Assembly: GCA_051313645.2 (NCBI GenBank)
Contig: JBNRSN020000005.1
Span: 282,286,001 to 282,350,000 of the forward strand
Source: Centroscyllium fabricii
Taxonomy: Eukaryota
Direction: 5' to 3'
Length of the DNA stretch: 64,000 nt
Positions 12,828-26,000 of this stretch are shown in pieces. The translations under genes and the position numbers were made by a program. Every line of letters begins with the position of its first letter. Within the stretch, counting starts at the first letter, position 1. The notes under the pieces were generated by a model. That model was not told the DNA's origin and made no database searches. It worked only from the letters and a program-made list of their open reading frames with translations.

Positions 12828-13230
12828 GGGCGGCACGGTGGCATAGTGGTTAGCACTGTTGCCTTACAGCACTAGAGACCCGGGTTCAAATCCAGCCTCA
12901 GGTACTATCTGTGTGAAGTTTGCACATTCTCCCCGTGTCTGCGTGGGTTTCCTCTGGGTGCTCCGGTTTCCTCCCACAGTCCAAAGATGTGTGGGTTAGG
13001 TTAATTGGCCATGATAAATTGACCCTTAGTGTTAGGGGGATTGGATGTGTGGGGTTACGGGGGTGGGGTGGGATATGTGTCGGTGCAGGCTCGAGAGGGA
13101 TTGAAGGATATGGGGACAAGGCAGGGACAGGGTACTGGGTTTGGATGATCAGCCATGATCTCATTGAATGGCGGAGCAGGCTCGAAGGGCCGAATGGCCT
13201 ACTCCTGTCCTATCTTCTATGTTCCTATAT
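12828..13230 (+). mobile_element. HE1-like V-SINE, long-tail subfamily A
   Basis: Near-identical to 6977-7380. Confidence 0.9.
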
Positions 13231-13494
13231 ATATGACCTTCAGCAACAAAATGATTTTCACTGAGCTGCCTTGCACTGTAATGTTGAGTTTTATGTTGCT
13301 CTGAGCTTAATAGTTCCCAAGCCAAGGATTTGAATCTCAGGAGTTACTGCACAAAAAGGTAGATGTTGTATCTTACTACGTTTGACTTGCACAGATATTA
13401 TGCCAAGTTCATTGTAGAGCAGATTTTGAGAAGAGGTATCTAGGTGTCACTTTATGTTTCAGCAATGGGAATTTTAACAGGTTCAAACTAAATT

Positions 13495-13508
13495 CCAGTA
13501 GATGGCAG
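13495..13508 (+). promoter_or_regulatory. Candidate CTCF site
   Basis: CCAGTAGATGGCAG matches the core consensus CCASYAGRKGGCRS at every position, in non-repeat sequence. Motif evidence only. Confidence 0.4.
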
Positions 13509-13819
13509 TCTCACAGTGATTTGCCTTTATTATGCATGTGATATTTTATGATTTTATCAATTACAGTAAATCTGTAGGTAATATATCAATTAAAAACAAG
13601 TTAAATTTAAACTTTTGGAACCAATTTACTCCATCTGTCAGGTAGCCGTGAAAAGTTAATTTTGTCCAGTTACACCTCGTCTATACAGCAACATATTTAT
13701 GGTCTTTTATAACCAAGTATTAAAATAAAGTGAAAATACTAGAAGATATTGCTTTGAATTCTTGTTATGTAGTGTATTTATTTCAGTTAATCTTGCAGTA
13801 TTTTTCTTCACCCGCAGAA

Positions 13820-14178
13820 CATATCGAAACATATAAGATTGTGAGGGGGCTTGATCGAGTGGATGCGGTGAGGATGTTTCCACTGATGGGTGAGACTAGA
13901 ACTAGGGGGCATAATCTGAGAATAAGGGGCTGCCCTTTCAAAACTGAGATGAGAAGAAACTTCTTTACTCAGAGGGTGGTGAGTCTGTGGAATTTGCTGC
14001 CTCAGCGAGCTATCGGAAATAGATAGTTTCCTAGCTGATAAGGGAATAAGGGGTTAGGGAACGGGCAGGGAAGTGGACGTGAATCTAATTTCGGATCAGC
14101 CATGATCCTATTAAATGGCGGAGCAGGCACGAGGGGCCAAATGGCCTACTCCTGGTCCTACTTCTTATGTTCTTATGA
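13820..14178 (+). mobile_element. CR1/HER1-like LINE 3' fragment
   Basis: IETYKIVRGLDRVDAVRMFPLMGETRTRGHNLRIRGCPFKTEMRRNFFTQRVVSLWNLLP is the CR1 ORF2 C-terminus. The 3'UTR ends in (ttcttatg)n. Confidence 0.9.
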
Positions 14179-14251
14179 ACATGTTTTAAATTATTAAATG
14201 CTAAAATGTAAAAGCCCTCCCCACCCAGCCAAACTCAATATTCCTTACAAT

Positions 14252-15000
14252 GGGCCAGAAATTGCAGTCTGCCCATATCGGGTTTAAGCTCTGGTGCGAG
14301 CGCACCAGAGCTTAAACCCGCAGGAAGCTTTGGGTTTTCCTATGCCGGCCAGCAGGGGGGGTTGGAGTTCCTGCGAGGTCCAGCGCAGGAAGCAGCGAAC
14401 TAGGGTTGCGTCCAGCCATTCTGATTTTTTTTTAAAACTTTTTCTATGGACCAAGACCAGGATATTCTACGCTGGGAAAAAGCAGTCGTAAGTATCCGTT
14501 TTTATCTTGTAAGTGTGTATTTTATTGATTTTAATTGTTATTTTTCAGGTTTTTAATTTTTGATAACTTTAAAGACAGGTAAGTATTTTTTAGACCTGTT
14601 GGAAGTTGAAATTTTTTTCTGTAAATTTTATTTTTTTCTTTAAAATAGGTTATTTGTGTTAGTTGAGGTAATGTTAAAAAAATGTGGTGTTTGTAAAATT
14701 TTATTTTTGTGTTTAGATGTCTTTTGGGCAATCTCTCCTTTCAGAACTTGCACAGATTTCTCAGTGGAAGTTTTGAACGGAGAATTGGTTCCACTGATTG
14801 GCTCCCTGCCAAACAGGTGGTCTCAAAAGCCATCTCGCACTAATTACGCCCTTCAGATGCCCATGAAACTCGCACGGAGCTCTGACAAGCTGGGCTAACT
14901 GCAATTTCTGAGTGCAAAAAAGCAAACCTGAATATGGGCAGTTCAAGTGCGTTAAGCAGGTACTGCACCCGCACGAAGGCTCCACTGCAATTTCTGGGCC
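14252..15000. mobile_element. Non-autonomous DNA transposon (MITE-like), GGGCCAGAA TIR family
   Basis: TIR GGGCCAGAAATTGCAGT / ACTGCAATTTCTGGGCC (16/17) with TSD AAT (14249-14251, 15001-15003). Related to 56027-56791 in the opposite orientation. Confidence 0.85.
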
Positions 15001-16319
15001 AATGTTTCAAGTACTTGACAGAAATGTTAAAATCTAGAGCTGGAAATTGTGCTGTTTATTTAGTTGCTAGGTAAGCAGCATTTCTCAGGAGTCCTAGCAG
15101 TTGAGGAAATAAAAGTGAGAACCCTTTCATTCACATAACAGCTATGGGAATAAGACAATTCACTTGGTCATTTGCCCAACAGCTTTGTGCATAAGATGTA
15201 ATGGTCCCCTTATTGACCCAACACCTGCTGAGTGAATAGTCACTCCCCTTAAAATACTGGAATTTTCACTTGTTCTTTCCAGAGAGGTAAAATGGCCCGC
15301 GTGAATAAATTTGGGTTTTCCAACTAACTCATTCAAATGTGTGATCTTTATCAGATGTGAAATGCAGCACATATGGGCCAGTATAAAAGAAGATTTCTGC
15401 AGGTTTAACCAACTTTAAGGAAGACAGTAGATGAAATACAGGAAAAATCTTAGCCACACAACGAATGAGATACAATAGTTTGCTGAAAAAGATGTTTGAG
15501 TTCACTGCTGTTTAGTGACAAAACAAATTGAAATATTATAAATAATTTGTGAAATAGTTATTTACCTGTAAGTATAATCAGTTATATTAGTGTATTAATA
15601 AAATTTATATTAAAATTATAGGGATTAAACACTGACTTAGATACATTTAAACCATCATTTTCATTAGTTCAATAGAGGAAACTAATTGGCATTGGGGAAA
15701 GTTTTGCAATAAAACGATGAAAGACAAATATGTGCTTCCATAGATGCTCAAAATTGCTATACTATGACAATTATGACATAAAGTTGGCATAAAAGGTAGA
15801 GATATTCAGAACTTCAATACCATAAAAAGATAACATTTCAAAAATAGTAACCTTTTTTTCTATTTTACTGCTTTTTAAGTAAATTGAAAATAAAGTAAAA
15901 TAATTCAACGATTCAATTCTCCATTGTCTTTTTACATGGGCTAGACTGTCCTGAAAAATGTATGTTGAGGGTTAGTAGAAATGTCAGGTGCTCTTGGCAT
16001 TATTAAGACAAAGTGGTTTTAACACCACCCTTGATAAAGTACTTTTCTGCCAAAGATGGCTTTCCCATTCTTAGCATGTTAATCTGAGGCCCATCAAACC
16101 ACAGCTACAGTTTATATTGTGGAGTAATGTCATGCCCAATACACCTGAAATTAATTTACCATTTTCTTTTTAAAAAAAAGGATAAAGTCAGTAATTTAAT
16201 GGGTGGCACATATGTTCCTGGTTTAATATTAAAATTAATATTTTGATTTATTTGATGGTTATGCAAAGCGGTTTCACTTTGTAGTGAGAAAAGTGCCAGT
16301 CAGGGAAAAATAAAACAGA

Positions 16320-16450
16320 AAAACTGTAAATACCGGAAATCCGCAATTAAAGCAAAACATGCTGGAAATACACAGCCGGTCAGTCAACATCTGTAAAGTG
16401 AAAAGGCAGGTTATGATATTTTGGATGTGGACTCTCTGCAGACCGAAGGC
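16320..16450 (-). mobile_element. Degraded Penelope-like element 3' end
   Basis: aaaacatgctggaaatacacagccggtcagtcaacatctg resembles 52360-52410 (gaaaatgccggaaatactcagcaggccaggcagcatccg). Confidence 0.5.
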
Positions 16451-16684
16451 TCTGGTAAGGTAAAGGGGGAGAATTTGGTCCCCGTTGTGTACGTTTTTTG
16501 GCAGTGAAAATTTAACATCGGTGGCGGGGGCAATTTCCAGTCATGATCTAGCGTGCCCGATCACCCCCGGAAGTGCGCTTGCTGCAAAATTGGAAGCCGG
16601 TGAGTTTCAAGTGTCATGGGCACCTGCCTGAAACAAGAGTTAGGCCAGTTGAATATGCTAATCAGGATCCTAAGCCACCGTGCT

Positions 16685-17077
16685 GGCACGGTGGCATAGT
16701 GGTTAGCACTGTTGCCTCACAGCACTGGAGACCCGGGTTCAGATCCAGCCTCGGGTGACTATCTGTGTGGAGTTTGCACATTCTCCCCGTGTCTGCGTGG
16801 GTTTCCTCCGGGTGCTCCGGTTTCCTCCCACAGTCCAAAGATGTGCGGGTTAGGTTGATTGGCCATGATAAATTGACCCTTAGTGTTAGGGGGATTGAAT
16901 ATGTGAGGTTACGGGGATAGGGTGGGATATGTGTTGGTGCAGGCTCGATAGGGATCGAGGGATATGGGGACAAGGCAGGGACAGGGTACTGGGATGATCA
17001 GCCATGATCTCATTGAATGGCGGAGCAGGCTCAAAGGGCCGAATGGCCTACTCCTGCTCCTATCTTCTATGTTTCTA
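16685..17077 (+). mobile_element. HE1-like V-SINE, long-tail subfamily A, probably nested in a degraded MITE (about 16465-17358)
   Basis: Near-identical to 6977-7380. The GC-rich flanks begin with the TIR-like GGGGGAGAATTT at 16465. Confidence 0.88.
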
Positions 17078-20000
17078 AGGCCTGTTTCAGGAAATTGGTC
17101 ATCGTCTAGTTTTTCCGGGTCTACGTGGCTCCTCCTGACTCCACAACAATACTGCGGGCCACTGCTGACCCAGGCTCGCCCCACTCCTGTTAGCTTCGCC
17201 ACCCCCACCCCACACCTCCCCTCACCCCAGAATATACATGTGTTGAAGCCGCACATATTTCACAAGGTCCCTCATTGGTTTTATGGAAATGAATCCCAAG
17301 GCTCAATTTTGAGCGAGCCTCAAGCCAGTGCCATCAGGCTCGTCTTCCAGTTTCTGGCAATAAACACATTTCTTGATCAAACGGACAAGGTGGGAAAAAT
17401 AGAGAGCAAAGGGGGAAGTATCAACCGGTACACCAAACACAGAGGGGGAGTTAATGTGTTAAATAACCTGCAAACTGCTAAATTAAAAAGTTATGTGTTA
17501 TAAAAGATCAACAAAAGGGGGAAATGTTTTTAAAAGACAAGCTGTAGATGGAGGGGAAATGAAATGAAAACAGAAAATGAAACCTGATGCCAGGTAGTAG
17601 ATAACTCCAATGCGGCATCACAGCAGGTTTCAAAAAGTGCTTAGTTGGTCCATTTTGAAAAGATGCATGCTCCTGCATGTGCTCTCAAAAACGTTGAGAA
17701 TTTACCAGTTGGGAAGTGGAGCTCTGTGCATAGGCGTAAGCAAGCATGTGCACAGTTCTCTCCTGGCACCAACAGTGTCGTTTGCAGCTATGAATTGTAC
17801 TCATCGGCTATTGGTCCCAGGCTAGTAGTGCAGCATTATCACAGACTTAATGTGAAGATAGCTATGTACTCTGATGTTCTCCCTGCTCCAGAACTTATTT
17901 AGCAAATGAGTGCTACATATCTTGGTAGTTTCAGTTAACTACAAAGTGGAAAATATTTATCAGCAATAACATACTACTTTATATGAATACTAATGAAATG
18001 ATTGTTATTGGTGTAACTGACATATGTTTGCATATTTCCCATAGAGGATTCAGACTGGAGAAACAAAGCACAACATACTGTAATTCAGCTCATAAACACT
18101 GGATACAGCTTTATTACTGTATTTAGCCTCCATTATAAAAACTACATTATTAGATTAAAACCACAATTAAAACCATTATTTCAATCTTTCAATGAATGCA
18201 CTAGCATTACTGCACCAAACTCGAAATGAGAAGACTAATTTAGTTTATTCAGTAAATTATAAAATGTTGTAAAGTTATGTATATTTCTGTAGCATTAAAT
18301 TAAACATTAGCATTTTCAGAAATGTACATACAACTATTGTACTTGCGTTATAGAAAAATGGGTTCAATCAGTACACAGAAGACTGCATAACTTTGAAATT
18401 CAATAAAGTTAATTAATGTATTTGTCTGATAAAACAGAATATGGCATACAAAATTATTTTAAGATAATTTAATGGACAATACGGCTGAGGTGACACCATT
18501 TGTTATTAAAATGGCATTAAAAGGCTAGAAATCTTTTAGAGACAAAGGCTTAGATACTGTTTTTAAAATGTACGCTTTTGTATTTATCAGACTATTTTAG
18601 CAGCATAGTATTACTTTACTTACATTATTATGTATTTTCAGAAATGTGGCTCTGAAAGCTCTGATTTAATCAATGTTACCTGTTGGAGCACATGCTTATT
18701 ATTACTATTAGATACCATACATTAATGCTCACTTTTGGCCAATCGTGTTCCTTTGCAATAATCTATTTTCAAAGGTCTTGTAACATTCACAATGTATTGC
18801 ATTTCTCTGTAATCTACTGCAAACATGTTTTCTGATAAAGTTACAATAATGGCATATGGAGTATTACACCATTCTGCAAACGTCGCCCAGCACAGCACTG
18901 AGACACTGACATGCTCCAGTCAAGGCAACTTTACAAAAGCTGTAAAAACGTTTTAACTGCAATATGCCTCGTGCAGTATATATTTTAACTTTAAGGTGAT
19001 ACAAGAACGACCTTAGGTCAAATGTAAGTTCCTTGCTTTAGATTCTGTCCATACTCTAGAGCTTTGACATCTTAGCCAAACAGATTTAGAGCATGAAATT
19101 TTTACAAAAGACATGATCCAGAAAATTTAAAAAATCACATACAATTATTTCGGATTAACAATAATTTAATGACTTTATTGTGTGACCTCTCTGGGAAACA
19201 AACAGTGCTATTTAAAAACGTTCTTGCGTGCTGAATTCCACCAGTGAATCCAAGGTCTGAGTTCCCATGGAAACGGAACAGACACTGCTGGAGAATGAAT
19301 GTCCCAGGCCTCTCAGACTGTTGAATGTCTTCTAACATCATAAAATCAGCTTCCTAATTAGCCATGAGTGGCATAATGATCTAAAAACATAACATGTACC
19401 AAAGTGTGAGTTAAAGAGTATTGCTGTATCTCAAAGTTCAGGTGATGTTTATGGTCTACTTGAACTTTCCCCTTAATGGTTTATTACATCGTCTGAACAC
19501 CTTGATTAGCTGGCAGTCTTGTAACTCACTCAAAAGCTACCCTTTACATGTAATTATATTGATAAATGTCCGTGGGCCCTTAACATTGATGCAGAGATTG
19601 CTGACGCTTTGAGTGAGGCTCTCATTTTCTCAACACATTACTGCACAGACTAAATATACGTTTACATTCCTTGAAAGTTTATTCAATTTATGTTTATTTT
19701 ACCAAACTGAATAGGGAAAAAAAGTACAATTTACAGATCACCAACCCTAAAGTGGCAAGTACTTGCATTATCTTTGCGAGATTGTGTCTTATACTGCAGC
19801 AAACGTCAACAAAAAACATTCATTAAATGCCAATCTCGGTTCTTCAAAAAGTTCAACAATTGGAATAAAAATGAGCGAATGACAATGACGGTGAGCAGGG
19901 GGGTAGAGTTCTTTGACGCAATATTATCACAGTGAGGGTATGACAAAGGTTGAGGGGGAAATGGATGCAAATGTTGTGCGCAGTGGGCCCATTTTTCGCA

Positions 20001-23000
20001 GTCACTGAGTGTCATCTGTTGCATGTCTTTAAGTGTTGCAGTATTTGTTCCGCACCCTGCTGGCTTCACTTGAATGACAGATATGTGTGTGAGTGCCGGT
20101 GAAGTTTTGTGAGGCTGCTTGTTCCTGTCCCTGGTGGACTGGCTGCCACATTTGAACTGAACTCCAGGGTCACCTGGTACGTGGCCTTTCACACCGTGAC
20201 CCTCCTTTCCAATAGTTCATTGAGCAGGGGAATTCAACATTGTTGGGAGAGAAGACAGTTACTCCAGGAAGTCGCGCACAGTCTCAGTCAACATTCCCTC
20301 AGATTCTGACACTTTTACACTTAAATGTTTAACCTTCAACACTTGTGAAGTTGACATAACATTTTCATTTTTTTTCTAAGGGGGGGGGGGGAGGGTGCAA
20401 GGGAGAGGCTGACCCCCCCCCCCCCCCCCACCTTCCTCTTAAAGGAGCCTCTGCCCTTTTTGGACAAAAAAAATACCTGCGACTTAAGATTCTATAGAAA
20501 GCCCACTTGTCTAAGGTTCCATGTTAAGAGTTGCCCACCCTTTCTGTCTGAACAATTTTACATGCCAAAGACAAAGGCAATCCCTGTCCCCACACGTCCC
20601 GCCTCCTCGGGCAAGAGGCACTGCGCCTGCGCCCGAGCGGGCTTTGCACTGGCCACGCGACTTCACTTTGAGTTGCAGACAGAAATTGCAAAAGATTCTC
20701 CCTGGAAGTCACAAAAATAGCCCAGGATCACGCTTGCACCGCACATAAATAAACACAACATGACGGCTAAATAGTTCCGACTTTGGCTTTAGAGGAAAAT
20801 CTGTCTAGTGTCTAATTGTCCATGAAAGGTAAGCGATGTTCTAGATTTCACACCACCTTGACATGCCACAACAGTCTCAGTTATAGGTTACAGTCAGACA
20901 CGCTCTCTTTATTTTGGGTTTTAATGTCCCTTTTGCCGTTATTTGTTATAATTCACAGTTCGTAAATATATTACAAACAAGACATACTATATGTACAAAA
21001 TGTTTGGAATATGTTCTTTAAAGCAAACATTTGGGTTTACATGCTTCCATATAATGGATATATATATGTGGATATATATATAATTGTATAATATTAAAAT
21101 GTAGTAAGTAACATATTTTCAACTTTTTCTTCGAAACTTGCATTCTTAATTATGTTCTATTTAATAACTATTTTGCCACATAAGTATTTGGGTTGCGTTT
21201 ACTTTCCATGCATGCTATGCAGATCAAACTCGACTCAAAATCCTTGGCATCCCTTCATCATTTGCATGGTGTGATAAACGGCACAAACACCATTAAAAGT
21301 TCAAAACACATCGATTGCATTTGATCTGTTTTCATCGAAATAAATGTGTACTCTCTAAGTGAAAACATTCGGTCACTCGGGCTTAAGATTGAAACTATAT
21401 TCTCCATCATATACTGTAGACATCAACATAAAAGGTGGCGTGTTTAAAAGTATTGTTATAATAGCCACGGATCAATTCTAAAAGAAAACAACCACAAATT
21501 GATCGATCTGTCAGGAATATTGTTCATTTATTCAGGGTGGTCATTTCCTTGATAGTGCATTTAATGTGCAGTAGGCAAAGTTGAGTCCATCGAGCCCAAA
21601 TCCAGATTGATGTTAAAAAAATTTTTTTAACGAAAAACTCCAACATCAGCCATCTGGGATACAGGTATGTCAACCCGGAAGTCACTTGTGAGGTTAAGTC
21701 ATTAACTTTGTAGTGTTCTATCTTGCGATTAATCAATAATCAGAAAGTGGCCACTTTTAATCCATTTTGGTTATGTAGTTGGTACGAGGTGCACGCATTT
21801 GAAATATATTTTAATTTATGGGTGCGATTTTTTTGATTTTTTTTTACAAAGGTTTACCCGTGAAACAAAACTGGCGCTCGCAAAGGAACTATTGAGCAAC
21901 GTTGTATGTCACCAAAATCTGTTCCTTAAAAGATTAACAAAGTGTAAAATGTGCATGAGATTATTGTTTACGTTTCAAGCTCTCAAGTTGTTGTCCTGGT
22001 TATACACCAAGGTTCCTTTAGGTGGCGCACTGTCACCGTAATTCGAGGGCTGCAATTTTTGATGGCGATCCAAAACCGTTCGTAACAATCTTTGATCGCA
22101 AGAAGTTAGCACATCTCATTATCCATTGATACCATCTGCGTTAGAACACTAGTCCTAAATACAAGAACAACGTGTTCCTGTCAAAAGCACAAAAAAAATC
22201 GCTGTTAAAATGCAGATTAAATATATTTACCGTTCTTGTTTCAATCGTGCAATTTCCCACAGCAAATATTGTAGCCCCTTTTTCAAATTAGTTTGACTAA
22301 ACCAATGTATTTGAATCAAACTTTGTTCTGAGTTATAATCATCCCTTGCACATTATTTGCACGCAAACATATCTGATATTGTATTAAACTTTATCCTTGT
22401 TTCCTTTAAGTAAATGAACCTGCTGAATAATTTAGATGTAGTTCAAGGGTGATACCTTGTTGGCAGATTCAAGTGTGCGGGAGCATCTCTGGTAGTTTAA
22501 CAAATTACTGACAGTTCGAGCAGTATTACATGTCTGACAACAAATGTGGAAATCCCGTTGACTAATCTTACTCGTGCGGGAAGCCCGCAGTGTCTTAATT
22601 TATTTCCACTCCTTGTTTTATTGGGACAAACTGCATATTAATTGACTGGAAGCAATTTATGTTCTTGCATTGCCCCCCAGCCATGCTTTCGGCAGCCACA
22701 ACCGCCCAGCTTTCTTTCTTCATTACGATCTGTTGAATAAATGCAAATTGCGGCGTGGCATTACTAAAAGTAAATTGGCAACAGCTTTCCAATCAATAGT
22801 TCTATTAGTATGAAAATATACCAAATTTTAATGCAAACTGTTTCTGCTATGCACTGCTATCCTGCATCTATAGTGCATGAGACACACGATGCGAATAGGC
22901 AGTCTGTTCAGATGATCGTTTTAGATAAGACTTATCTTTGAATATTTGTGTTAATGCAAACGATGCTTTCTGAAGGTATAAGAGTGTAAACAGCAGCACA

Positions 23001-26000
23001 ATGAAAGTTTCACTGTTGGTAATCTAATAGATTCTGTTCATTCTACTAAATTCGAATTTTAAAAGGGCGATGTTTGAAAATGACGTATATGGGTGTTTCG
23101 AGAATTGCAGATTTGAATCCGTGTTTTTTTTTTTGCAATTGGAATACTAGAGTCAGCACCCGGCAGTTTTGTACATTTTCCCTCCGTGTATTGGATTGAA
23201 GCTTCACTCACTCCATCAGCGAATATCTCACCCTAGGTACGACATCTGGATTGAACATATTAAATATGACATCAACGTCCCCACCGCTTACAAAAAAAAA
23301 ATCTGAATTAATTAAAACGAAGTGTGTTTCATTAAAGCCTATTACAATATTTTAAATAATGCGATCGATCCTTGTCCGCACCAATTCCACCTCGGTTCTT
23401 TTCCTGGGGTCGGGGAGTGAGGATTGACGCGATGTAGTAAACTTCCTGAAGCTGGGAGGGTAAAACAAAAGTTGGGAGTCTCTGAGTGTGATATATGGCA
23501 GGTTGTATGATTTTTACAAATGAGATTTTATCCAGACTAACCGGTTCATTAATACTCTCAACGTGGCCTTTGTTGGCCCCCCGACAAGTTCCATTATCGG
23601 AATAGATTTGAAATTTGTGCCTTTCAGTGTTCATGTTTGAGCTTTTCCCGATCTTTCCCGAGTGCACTTAATTTTTTATATATAGGTGTGAAGGGTGGGG
23701 GGGGGGGGGGGGGGCGCGGCTGTTGGAGCCCTGGTGTGATCCAAGTACATATTATTAAGGTACCAGATGAGAAAGCGGGGTAAAAAGGCAGCTCCCTCCG
23801 CCCTGGGATGGTGCCCGGCACTCAAGAAACCTTTGGTCCTCTCTGTCTGGCAAACAAAAGCGACAATGCCGTCCCTTTCGCGACCCAGCCCACTCTTCCA
23901 TCAACAGTCTGGGTTGTAAAAAGTGGCCGCGTGTCATTTACCCCGCAAACGAAAAGTGGGGAAAGTGGCATTGTTGTAAACAGTGGGTGTTGCAGGCGGC
24001 TCTGAGCCACTGCCGTGCACAGACTGGGAGCCTGTTCAATCATCAAACCCCACACAATGTGCAAAGAAACTTTGGAGAATTGCGGTTCATTCCTGACGCG
24101 CTGTCAACAAAAAAAAAGTTGCCGGTCTAGTTCTGAATGAACGTGCGCTGGAAATGTGGCAAAGCCCCTAAAGGTGGCAGGCAATCCAAGCCCCCCGTGT
24201 TAAAGCAGGACTGGGGTGGAGTGCGCGCAGAGGTGGCTCGGTCCACAGTGATATTGGGGGGTGGGGGGAGTTGGTGAAGGATTCTTGGTGCGATCAGCGG
24301 GCTTCTAAGTCCGCGGTCGCGATGTTGCTGAGCTGTTGAAGGAGTTCAGATTGGTCCCAAAGCCGAGTCCCCGCGCCTCCCGAGGCGGCGCTATTTGTCA
24401 AATGTGCACCTTACAGGTTGCAATGTGAAAAGAGGGATTAAAGCTCTCCGCGAAATCTCTGCCAGGCGCTGACTAGAATGGATTTTCCTGAAGGGGGAAA
24501 AAAAAACACATTTTCAACATATCAGCTAACCGTGGGCTTTAATTGATTAAACCGAAAGAAATCACACAATCCCTGGCAATATAATTGGGGGGGGGGAGGG
24601 GGGACTCATTTATGAATTGCGTTATTTTCATAAAAGTTCTGTCATAAAATCTATTTTGTAGCCAAACTAAAAAAAATGCAGAACATTTTTAATCGATCAG
24701 TTAATTTGTTTTGTGGCCCTTAATGTAGCTGTTGTGTTAGAGCAGCCTAGAATGGCTACTGTCGTGCCAATGTTTTAATAAAAAAGAACACGGGTTAGTT
24801 ATTTGTTTATTTTTGTGTAAGTTGGAAAATAAATTGCGGTCAATTAAAAGTGCATGAGTGGCTCTAGAAACTCAATCGCCAATGATAGTGTGATTGGCGG
24901 TGTTAGTATGTTGCACACTGCGGGAATGAGCCCCAATACTCGACTTGCTGCGCTCCCCTGACCGGTAGCACCTCACACTAGAGCACACTAGTTCATATTG
25001 GAGCCCTTTGTGTAATCTTTCACCGCAAGTTTTAGCCGCACGACAATGTGTTGCTTTTATTTGAAAACTGCCCTGATTTCGGCGTTAAATTGTCGTGAGC
25101 GCGGGCAAGCTATTGGACAGTTTATTTGGATATTCTGTCTTTTTGTTTAAAGAAACCAAGCCACCTGGGTATATTTTGTTTCTCTTACATGAAACTTGTA
25201 AACACCAACAATTAGCTGAGTTTGTCATTATTCAGAAGACGTCTACTTTTTGGAGGAGGATGGAGGGGGGGGGGGGGGGGGAGTGCAATCCAAACACTTT
25301 ATCTGAACTGAACAAAGGCTGTCGACTGCCCATAGGAAAAAAAAGAGCGTTTGTAAAACGGGGTTGGGGGGTTAAAGCAAAAGGCAAAGCTGGAGATTTG
25401 GTGAAAAGCAGTGTCTTTGGTTAGCCGATTGTGATTTTCTCTGTCTGTCTGTCTGTGTGCTCTGGTATGACGGCGAGGAGAGGACAGCTGGCGCGGGGGA
25501 CACGGGGCTGGGCAATAGCCATCTGACTGACTTTGGCTTGACATCTGGGAGACCAGTGGTGTGTGGCACGCGAATCGCTTGATGTCGCTATTTATATGCA
25601 AATTCTGTGTATCATTCAGCCCTCACCGTAAATTTACAAAAAGGAACACTTCACATAATCAGGAGGATCGTTACTTCGGGAGGTCTTTGACTGGACCATG
25701 CAAATCTGATTCAATCCCGCAAACTCGCTCTTTGTCCAACAGCGGTTGCCTGCTCGCTCACTCCCAAACTCAGAATCCAGATAATTCCCTCAGTATTTCA
25801 CAACACCCACTGCCTCGACTTCCCAATATGATTTTTAACCAGATAATTCAAAACAATATTTGACAACAAACAGCCCATAAAACTGTCTGCCTCATTGTGC
25901 GGGCCCCCACTGCAGTAAATTATTTAAATGTGTTCCACGGGTTCACTTTTTGAACCGAGTGGATCGTTCGACAATCTCGCTTCATTCATTTAGGATGTAG

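Noticed and set aside
16964-17503. 179-aa ORF and similar ORFs at 6795, 7047, 12898, 12920, 16662, 41256 and 63135
   Set aside because: They are chance translations of V-SINE or MITE sequence. The same peptides recur only because the repeat recurs.
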